From a virus (Duplodnaviria; Heunggongvirae; Uroviricota; Caudoviricetes), in IMG/VR virus record IMGVR_UViG_2751185971_000005, positions 1 to 35,421 of that record: 35,421 nucleotides of DNA; one strand, written 5' to 3'. Every line of letters begins with the position of its first letter. The first letter of the stretch is position 1. Below the pieces are notes generated by a model. The model was given only the letters and a program-made list of their open reading frames with translations. It made no database searches and had not been told where the DNA came from. Made by a program: the position numbers and the translations under genes. This document shows, piece by piece, positions 1-7,041 of the stretch.

Positions 1-121
1 CCTCCGTGGTGGAAATACCGGGGTGTAGCAACAGCTCACCCATGCGGCTCTGACAACGATGTTAACCCGCGTTAAATATCCCACGTTGGCCAGCATCTGT
101 CTCACGGAAAGTCATACTGCC

Positions 122-460
122 TTACATATGAGTGATCACTTTCAGAACATCACCACGGCAGGAGAAACGGTAGCGAAGGTGTGTTCCGATACCATCAGGA
201 TTCTTTTCGTCGATACGTTCCAGAGTGATTCCAAGCTGGCGTTCTAACTCTGTTGCATAGTTACGACCAGAAGACAGACGGCAGTAGCGAAGAATGTCAT
301 TTTCTGTCCATCCCTCTATACCAGTACGCAGCATATAGACTCTGGCACGATGCTTTTTCGGTGTGCGCTTTGGTGCTTGAAGGGATTTTGTAAGGGGCGT
401 AACATCAGATACGCGAATATCTGAATTAGCCGCCTGTAATGGGCGGTTTTTCTTATTCAT
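122..460 (-). CDS. Hypothetical small basic protein (112 aa) downstream of alpA
   Basis: ORF track; its ATG (458-460) overlaps the alpA stop (460-462) as TAATG, indicating translational coupling. No family recognised. Confidence 0.5.
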   Translation of the reverse strand: MNKKNRPLQAANSDIRVSDVTPLTKSLQAPKRTPKKHRARVYMLRTGIEGWTENDILRYCRLSSGRNYATELERQLGITLERIDEKNPDGIGTHLRYRFSCRGDVLKVITHM

Positions 461-657
461 TACGCTACCTCGCCACGCGACTCAGCGATGCGCTGATTAA
501 TCCATTCTTCAATTTCACTTTCAATAAACGCAATTGATCGGCTTCCAATCTTTACAGATTGAGGGAATCGCTGTTCTTTGATGAGCCGATAAATCCACAC
601 TTTGCTGTAACCAGTACGGCGTTGAACCTCAGAAAGACGAATAAATGATTGAGACAT
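460..657 (-). CDS. alpA: AlpA-family helix-turn-helix regulator / excisionase-like protein
   Basis: 65-aa protein MSQSFIRLSEVQRRTGYSKVWIYRLIKEQRFPQ... typical of AlpA/Vis-like prophage regulators; AGGAGT Shine-Dalgarno upstream of the ATG at 657. Confidence 0.85.
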   Translation of the reverse strand: MSQSFIRLSEVQRRTGYSKVWIYRLIKEQRFPQSVKIGSRSIAFIESEIEEWINQRIAESRGEVA

Positions 658-775
658 GTTTACTCCTATATTCTGTCATCTTCTTTAATGGACATCAGTA
701 GACAGAAAGGAGATTAAACAAACCGGTGAATGGGTGATAGCGGATAAAAATAAAATATTTTTTTGAGAAGATTAT

Positions 776-810
776 CCGCTTTGAAATACACAGTAGCGTA
801 TTCAAAGCGG
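776..810. promoter_or_regulatory. Perfect 10-bp inverted repeat (CCGCTTTGAA-N15-TTCAAAGCGG), candidate operator
   Basis: Read directly from sequence; lies in the AT-rich gap between the 293-aa ORF and alpA; no T-run follows on either strand, so not a typical terminator. Confidence 0.3.
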
Positions 811-854
811 AAATCGCGAAATTTACTTAAAACGTTTACGTAGGATTTTGCTTG

Positions 855-1736
855 CTATAAATCTCTACTCATTAAATCAGATATTTTTATCAAGCTCATT
901 TCTCTGTCTTTGTTTACATAAAGCTGAAGCAAGCGGGTGTATCTCTCGCTTATAGATTCAAGTGCAAAAGGCTTTATTGATTCCTTAATAGCCTGCGTAT
1001 CTTTCGGATCATCACTAAAAACCAAGGCAGAAATCATCGGATTGCTCACTTCCTTACCTGACTTCTCACCCCAAATCAGCAGATCAACAATAGGTATCAC
1101 TCTATTAGATATCAACTTCTGAAGGGTCTTTAATCCAATCCTTTTCTGAGCGACATGCTCTCTCTCTGGTACTTTTAACTCTTTTCGCCATAGAGGTAGA
1201 AGGTGAGTCAGGCTGGTAATAATTTCGTCATCAGTGGCGTCATCTAAATCTATAGAAACGAGTATGATGTTAGGGGAACAATTACTTAGGTTTCCAGTAA
1301 CACTCGCAAGCATAGCGTTTGCCTTGAGGTAGCAATCCTCTTCGTCTCTTTTAAAAAAGCCTTGATCTATCGATGAGAAAGAGTACATGGCCAGCTCTGA
1401 AAATGTTACTGGACTAACCCCCATAGCTGAAGATAATGAGGGTAGATCATCGTACTCATTTCTTAATGATGGGGCTTCATCATTTACTTTGCGAATAAAT
1501 TCTTCGACCTCTTCCTCTTCTTCATTGAGAATGGTTAGGTTAGGATCGCCCGAAAAAATCCTTTCATATTTTATATCGTACTCTTCTTTGAATATAGCAG
1601 TGTCATCTTTTGCATGACGCAATAAAAAATCGCGCCACTCTAATTCTTGAATCAAGTCCGGCAAGGTTAAATCATTTAAAAATTCATAATTACTAATATC
1701 AAACCATGCTAAATCTTGTTTTTTGGCTCTCACCAT
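855..1736 (-). CDS. Hypothetical acidic protein (293 aa), cargo gene between integrase and alpA
   Basis: Long ORF in an AT-rich region with an EEEEEVEE acidic tract; occupies the variable slot between int and alpA; no recognisable motif. Confidence 0.6.
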   Translation of the reverse strand: MVRAKKQDLAWFDISNYEFLNDLTLPDLIQELEWRDFLLRHAKDDTAIFKEEYDIKYERIFSGDPNLTILNEEEEEVEEFIRKVNDEAPSLRNEYDDLPSLSSAMGVSPVTFSELAMYSFSSIDQGFFKRDEEDCYLKANAMLASVTGNLSNCSPNIILVSIDLDDATDDEIITSLTHLLPLWRKELKVPEREHVAQKRIGLKTLQKLISNRVIPIVDLLIWGEKSGKEVSNPMISALVFSDDPKDTQAIKESIKPFALESISERYTRLLQLYVNKDREMSLIKISDLMSRDL

Positions 1737-1878
1737 ACGCCACCCCGCGCCCCTAATTCTGACGGCTATGCCAGCCCGTAGGGGTGTACGGGTTTTCGGG
1801 GATCAGCCTAGACATAGCCTATTCTTTGTTCGTCTACATAAGTCTACTACCATTGCTTAACACGGTCTATTCATACAG

Positions 1879-3093
1879 TTAAGCTCGTTTCCCAAACGAA
1901 CCATGAACAACGTTCTCCTCCTTCTCCAGCGCATCCATATAGTCGGCATACCATTGAAGCATCTCCCGCCTTCCATCCAGATATTGCGCATGGTTGTATG
2001 TGCCACGAATTGAGTTCTTATCAACGTGAGCGAGCTGCGTTTCTATCCACGCGGTGTTATAGCCCTGCTCATGCAAAATCGTGCTCATAGTGTGCCGGAA
2101 CCCATGACCAGTTACACGTCCAGCGTAGCCAATGCGCTTAAACACTTGGTTTATGCTGGCCTCACTCATTGTTTTCCTTGGATCATTGCGCCCGGGAAAC
2201 ATAAGAGGGTAATTGCCTGTTATTTCTCTAATCTTCCCAATAAGCGAAAGAGCCTGATCAGACAATGGCACAATATGAGGCCGCCGCATTTTCATACGTG
2301 AAGCGGGTATCTCCCAGATAGCCTTGTTGAAATCAATTTCATCCCATAATGCGCCACGTAGTTCGCCAGTCCGCAAGCCGATGATAATCAGTAGACGAGC
2401 CGCCATAACAACCAATGCGCTTCCTGAGTAACTGGACAATGCCTTGAAAAAATCAGGTAATTCTTTAGCTGTAAGGAAAGGGTAATGATTAGATTCATGG
2501 CCTTGCATCGCGCTAGTAAGGTCTGGTGCAGGGTTATACTCTGCGCGACCAGTGACTATTGCATAGCGGAAAACTTCCCCGCACCGCTGCCTCACTTTTT
2601 TGGCTTTTTCTGTAGCACCGCGCCCCTCGATGCGCCGCAGCACATTCAGAAGTTCAAGTGGTTTGATTTCGGCGATTGGTTTTTTGCCAATGTAAGGGAA
2701 CACATCTTTGTTGAAGGCTTCGAGGATGTCTGAAGCATAACCAGCAGACCATTTTTTTAATTTGCTGCTGTGCCACTCAAGGGCAATATCTTTGAAGGTG
2801 TTGTTTAACTGCGTTTCCCGGGCAATCTTTTCCTCTCGTTTCGCTTCCATCGGATCGATACCACCAGCGATACCTCTTTTCGCATCTTCACGTTTTGCCC
2901 GAGCATCGGCTAGAGTAACCTCAGGATACACACCTAGTGCCAATAGCTTCTCTTTACCAGCTACACGATATTTAAGTCGCCAGTATTTACCTCCATTAGG
3001 TTTTACCAAGAGATACAAACCGCCACCATCGGCCAGCTTGTAAGCCTTCTCTTTTGGCTTGGCTGTGTCTATTTGACGGGCATTGAGTTTCAC
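1879..3093 (-). CDS. int: Tyrosine site-specific integrase, P4 type
   Basis: 404 aa; N-terminus MKLNARQIDTAKPKEKAYKLADGGGLYLLVKPNGGKYWRLKYR and C-terminal GHGFRHT...LAH...Y catalytic region are characteristic of P4-type integrases; it lies just downstream of a tRNA 3' fragment. Confidence 0.92.
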   Translation of the reverse strand: MKLNARQIDTAKPKEKAYKLADGGGLYLLVKPNGGKYWRLKYRVAGKEKLLALGVYPEVTLADARAKREDAKRGIAGGIDPMEAKREEKIARETQLNNTFKDIALEWHSSKLKKWSAGYASDILEAFNKDVFPYIGKKPIAEIKPLELLNVLRRIEGRGATEKAKKVRQRCGEVFRYAIVTGRAEYNPAPDLTSAMQGHESNHYPFLTAKELPDFFKALSSYSGSALVVMAARLLIIIGLRTGELRGALWDEIDFNKAIWEIPASRMKMRRPHIVPLSDQALSLIGKIREITGNYPLMFPGRNDPRKTMSEASINQVFKRIGYAGRVTGHGFRHTMSTILHEQGYNTAWIETQLAHVDKNSIRGTYNHAQYLDGRREMLQWYADYMDALEKEENVVHGSFGKRA

Positions 3094-3165
3094 TTGGGGG
3101 TACCTCCACTAAACCGAACAGCAAATACCCCCATAAGTACCCCCATCTGACCGTAGATTTTGAGG

Positions 3166-3239
3166 GACTTTAGTAGGCGTCAAAAGACGAACGGGGCTTT
3201 AATACGCGGATTATAAGGGGTTTTGAAAGACTTTAGTAG
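3166..3239. repeat. Two 11-bp direct repeats GACTTTAGTAG (3166-3176 and 3229-3239) between int and the att core
   Basis: Seen in sequence; position is appropriate for integrase arm-type binding sites. Confidence 0.3.
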
Positions 3240-3258
3240 ACTTGGGGAGATGTTTGAA

Positions 3259-3304
3259 TGGTGCCGATAATAGGAGTCGAACCTACGACCTTCGCATTAC
3301 GAAT
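3259..3304 (-). repeat. att repeat: 46-bp 3' fragment of tRNA-Thr(CGU) (anticodon loop to CCA), not a complete tRNA
   Basis: Minus-strand reading gives ATTCGTAATGCGAAGGTCGTAGGTTCGACTCCTATTATCGGCACCA (anticodon loop, T-arm, acceptor 3' strand, CCA). The sequence beyond 3304 has no D-arm or 5' acceptor strand, so the tRNA is truncated, as expected for the displaced att repeat of a tRNA-integrating element. Confidence 0.8.
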
Positions 3305-3653
3305 TATAAGAATCCACTTCTAATTCAAAGCATTACCCCATCAACACTGCGCTCACACGTCCCACCACATCAAAACATGTAAAGCCTTGCAAGCCATTGC
3401 GAGGCCTTATGTGTCTCAGTTTTGTCCCACCTTGTATTACGACTTGCATAGCCAATGAAGATAAACGTGACGACAAACGGCGCAGCAGTCTTCTTTTCCT
3501 TCATACTTTCCCCACCCAGCATGCATACCTTTATGCCATAACTGAAGTTTATGTCTGTTATGAGCGAATTGCAGACATTAACGTTTGGTTAAGGGACGGG
3601 CTGTAGCCCGTCCCAGTGAGCGAAGCTTAATTTAGTCCGTGTGCAGCGCTTTG

Positions 3654-5084
3654 TTAGCCAAAACTGATGTGATTTTTAGTTAGATCTCTATATCTCTTAT
3701 CGTTGTGTACTTTATGGAGGATCGTTTGGTTGGCGATCAAAAAATCTATAATTTCTTGAATTCTTTCGCTACGAGCATTGGCTCTTAACAAAGTCAAAAC
3801 GCTTACCATATGTTGCTGGCAGTATTTGTTGTCTAAATTCACTCGCACTTCATTAGAGTGCATTGCTATAACTGTATTGATAATGTTTTGATCGCCAAGC
3901 ATGCCAAAAAACTGATCATACAAAGGTCGTCCCGCCGGAGAAACACCAGTATTATATGGTATTCCTTTACCAACACGACAAATCAAAACTGTTTTTATAA
4001 GCTTATGAACCCTCTCTAAAGGTATGTCATTTTCAGTCTTTAAATACGAAAGAATCTTCCGCATATGAGGGGGTTCATTATAAAAGTTATCCCAAGCATA
4101 CCTAGCCTCTAAGAGATCGTCGGCATGGCCGTCCAGTGATATAATTCTAGAGTCTAATGATTGATAACGATTACCATCACAAAACGTAAAAAACTCAATA
4201 CCTAAAGCATGTTTCTCGTTGTGAAGATTGTTCTTGTATCCGTCTAGCGTCACGCCGAGCTTGTATTTTACGTTATCACTGCTTTTATTCCAGATATGCG
4301 GAGCAAAAAGAGCGATATTTTTTCTGACAACATTTCCTGTTGAATCAGCTGTATATATGCCGAAAATACTATTGAGTAGATTGTCAGTATTCTGAAGCGA
4401 CAGATCATTCAAAGGTCTTTCCATGCTATGAATTGTGGCTTCATCAAGAACATCAGTGGATCTTTTTAGATTCTCAAGGAATGATTTTATTTGTATGGCA
4501 GACGCGGACGGTTTGTCGTTCAAAATATCTTGAACGCATGTTTGGAGCCAGCCAAGAAGTTCAAAAGCATTTATGGAGTATGAATTTGGGTGCGAAGCAC
4601 CAATGTCATTCCTCATAGTCAATATATGATTGAGCTTGGTGTAAACAACGTCAGATATTAATTCAAGTTTTCGGCAAGTATTAATAAGGGTGTTGTCTTT
4701 TAAACCAGAAAGATCTTCTTCGGTAGAATAAAGCTCTCTACGTCCTCCTCCAACTGCAGCATCAAAGAACATATCGAGGCCATAAACTACTACTTTTTCC
4801 CTTAAATTCAGTACAACTTCATTCCAAACATAATTTAACGATGCATCAAATAGTCCTATAGCCGCACCAGCAACGAACTTTGATAAATATCGAGCATCTC
4901 TTTTTACCTCAGCAGGTAAAGAATCTATGAATGTGGGGAGGTTTTTTTCAATAATTTGGCGCTCAGGGAGAGAGGCAATTATATTTTCGGTCGGCAAACC
5001 AAGATAGGATAAATATCCTTCAAATTTTGTTGTATCTGTGGAAAGTACCCCTGTTCCAGGTTTTGCAATCAATTCTGAACTCAT
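3654..5084 (-). CDS. Hypothetical protein (476 aa), AT-rich orphan gene; weak HEPN-like Rx4-6H motifs
   Basis: Long ORF with AGGAA Shine-Dalgarno 8 nt upstream of the ATG at 5084; markedly AT-rich compared with neighbours; contains RNDIGASH (residues 158-165) and RDLTKNH near the C-terminus. Confidence 0.7.
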   Translation of the reverse strand: MSSELIAKPGTGVLSTDTTKFEGYLSYLGLPTENIIASLPERQIIEKNLPTFIDSLPAEVKRDARYLSKFVAGAAIGLFDASLNYVWNEVVLNLREKVVVYGLDMFFDAAVGGGRRELYSTEEDLSGLKDNTLINTCRKLELISDVVYTKLNHILTMRNDIGASHPNSYSINAFELLGWLQTCVQDILNDKPSASAIQIKSFLENLKRSTDVLDEATIHSMERPLNDLSLQNTDNLLNSIFGIYTADSTGNVVRKNIALFAPHIWNKSSDNVKYKLGVTLDGYKNNLHNEKHALGIEFFTFCDGNRYQSLDSRIISLDGHADDLLEARYAWDNFYNEPPHMRKILSYLKTENDIPLERVHKLIKTVLICRVGKGIPYNTGVSPAGRPLYDQFFGMLGDQNIINTVIAMHSNEVRVNLDNKYCQQHMVSVLTLLRANARSERIQEIIDFLIANQTILHKVHNDKRYRDLTKNHISFG

Positions 5085-5347
5085 ACGATTATTTCCTTAT
5101 CTGGTTGAAGGCTAGAGAACAGCTAACGCTTTTAGCAGGGGCGCGACGTTAGGAGCGTCCCATACCTAAACTTGTTAAGGTATTTGTGAGCAAACGCCAC
5201 CAGTATTTGGGTTTAGATCCAATACATACTTCATGCGAGTACAACCTATCCCGAATCAAGCAGGAGTCATTTCTCCCGCACTTAGGGTTTGGACATTTCA
5301 TGTTCCCTACCCATGGTGAATTCGATTCGTAATGTACGATCTTCATA

Positions 5348-5380
5348 AAGCCTTAACAATTTAATAGAAGGCTTTTTTGC
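5348..5380 (+). terminator. Orphan rho-independent terminator-like hairpin (AAGCCTT-N13-AAGGCTT followed by TTTTTT)
   Basis: Seen in sequence; oriented for plus-strand transcription, but no convincing plus-strand gene lies upstream. Confidence 0.35.
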
Positions 5381-5700
5381 CCGCAAGTGGAACATTTTTC
5401 TGCCTTCTTTCCTGATCTTTACTCACATCAAACTAACGCTGATATACCTCTATTTCAACAGGTTTTTCTGAAATCAATAAATTTGCGTCCGGCAAACTTT
5501 ATACAGCCAGTACGCGAGTTGTTCTTGATTTACTTAAGCTGGACACATGGGAATTATCCAGCGGCTTGTGCTAGTAAAAGAAGAAATTATCAGGCATTTA
5601 CCACAACGCCCAATGCCCGCTTTTGGCACAAAGCAGACGCCCACTCTCACGCGAATGCTTTGCCCTTGACTTGCCAACAACCGTATCGCTTGCTCCGCAA

Positions 5701-6978
5701 CTATGGTTTTTTATTAGAATCTTCGCCACTAAATAAATTATAATAAATTGATTTTATTAGATATCTGTCAGAATCTATATGGTCAGCACGAGTAGCATGC
5801 TCTAATGTTTCAAATGCTAGGGTTTGTGCGGCTTCAGCAAAAATTCCAGGCCAACCCTTACTCAGCATCGACAGTCCTTTAAGGACCCTTATCTGAATTT
5901 CCCTCATACTGGCACCATCGCGCGCAACAGGTGAGAAAAAGTCTTCAAGTAGATCGTTATTCTGAAGTGGTGCAACATGTACAGAAGGATATTTCACTTC
6001 TATTTCATCAGATTTATTCTGCGCGTAAGCGGAAAGTATACGTACACCTCTGCCAATGACATCAATGGCGGTTCCAGGATCGTTCACTGCGGGGGAAAGG
6101 GCTCGGCAGGCTATTTCGGCCATGACGCTAAGACAAAATCGGGGGTCCTGAGCAAATGAACGTACATCCGAGACAATAATCGTCTCAAGTAAATCGGTGC
6201 TGATTGATGACTCCTGGCCCTGACTCAGGTACAAAACTGGCGTGGACGGATGTATGAAACTGCCCGGCTGCGCCACGAGGTATACATGACGGGGATCATT
6301 GGTCAGCAGCTTACTGAGTTTCACCATATCAACATATTCAACATAGCCAATCTTTTTCGGATAAACTGCAACCGTTCCTTTCGGCTGTTCATTGTTCTCA
6401 AGCCATGGATATCCGCCGAGACAGGGATTTCTTGCTCTCGCAATAAATGTTTCGATGGCCGCCTGTTCTACTTTTGCCGTTGTCTCACCAACCCTCCCCA
6501 GAGAGGTCAAATGCTGTATCCAGCGAAGCAATGTGATGAGGATTAAGGCAATGACAACCAGTGTTACAATGAATAAAATGACTCTCCCCCTTTCTCCATA
6601 AGCTCCCATATTGAGGGCAATAATCCCTACCAGACTGAAGAGAAAAGAACCGATGAAGGTGGCCAGTACATTTTGTGTGGTGACGTCTTCAACAACTAAA
6701 CGAGTAGCTCTGGGAGTCACATTAGTAGTGGCTGAACCGTAGGCTGTGACCATGATGCTCAGCGAAAATGTGGTCACTGCCAGCATACTCGATGCCAGTA
6801 TGTTCAGAATGTTATCGACTGCTTCCGCACCAACCTTCACGGAAACCGACTCAGGTATCATTGATTTAAAAAGAATTGATAAAAGGGCCGTTATTATTGC
6901 GACAATTGCGAATAACGTTGCCCTGAACCATAGTTTTTTAAATGTCTGCTTCAGCATCCATTTCCAGCGTGAAATCAT
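5701..6978 (-). CDS. DUF2254-like predicted membrane protein
   Basis: N-terminal multi-pass hydrophobic region followed by a soluble domain; start placed at the ATG at 6978, which has a GAGGGA Shine-Dalgarno (the track's longest ORF starts at 6993). Confidence 0.7.
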   Translation of the reverse strand: MISRWKWMLKQTFKKLWFRATLFAIVAIITALLSILFKSMIPESVSVKVGAEAVDNILNILASSMLAVTTFSLSIMVTAYGSATTNVTPRATRLVVEDVTTQNVLATFIGSFLFSLVGIIALNMGAYGERGRVILFIVTLVVIALILITLLRWIQHLTSLGRVGETTAKVEQAAIETFIARARNPCLGGYPWLENNEQPKGTVAVYPKKIGYVEYVDMVKLSKLLTNDPRHVYLVAQPGSFIHPSTPVLYLSQGQESSISTDLLETIIVSDVRSFAQDPRFCLSVMAEIACRALSPAVNDPGTAIDVIGRGVRILSAYAQNKSDEIEVKYPSVHVAPLQNNDLLEDFFSPVARDGASMREIQIRVLKGLSMLSKGWPGIFAEAAQTLAFETLEHATRADHIDSDRYLIKSIYYNLFSGEDSNKKP

Positions 6979-7041
6979 TCTGCATTCCCTCATATTGCAG
7001 CCGGGATAAATAAATGCCGCCTCTGTGGCGGCATGTTGCTG

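Larger units (their letters stand above)
1..3304. mobile_element. P4/CP4-57-like integrative element, integrase-proximal end (partial; extends beyond left edge)
   Basis: Gene order integrase - cargo ORF - AlpA-like - small coupled ORF, ending at a tRNA-Thr 3' fragment; matches the intA-yfjH-alpA layout known for CP4-57-type elements. Confidence 0.6.

Noticed and set aside
1-96. Possible partial minus-strand ORF running off the left edge (MLANVGYLTRV...)
   Set aside because: Only 32 codons visible, no recognisable motif and no clear ribosome-binding site; cannot be supported from this window.
59-247. 62-aa plus-strand ORF at the left edge
   Set aside because: Lies antisense within the 112-aa minus-strand gene, which is translationally coupled to alpA; likely spurious.
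1775-1792. Hairpin CCCGTA-GGGGTG-TACGGG followed by TTTT between the integrase and cargo gene
   Set aside because: Oriented for plus-strand transcription where no plus-strand gene exists, and the stem is short; insufficient to call a terminator.
3259-3304. Possible complete tRNA-Thr gene
   Set aside because: Only the 3' 46 nt (anticodon loop to CCA) match tRNA-Thr; the sequence beyond 3304 has no D-arm or 5' acceptor strand, so it is annotated as an att repeat, not a tRNA.
3397-3606. 69-aa plus-strand ORF in the AT-rich region after the att repeat
   Set aside because: No Shine-Dalgarno, odd composition, lies in the likely promoter/leader region; considered a chance ORF.
5387-5743. 118-aa plus-strand ORF between the orphan gene and the DUF2254 gene
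   Set aside because: Begins right after a terminator, overlaps the 3' end of the DUF2254 gene, no ribosome-binding site; likely spurious.
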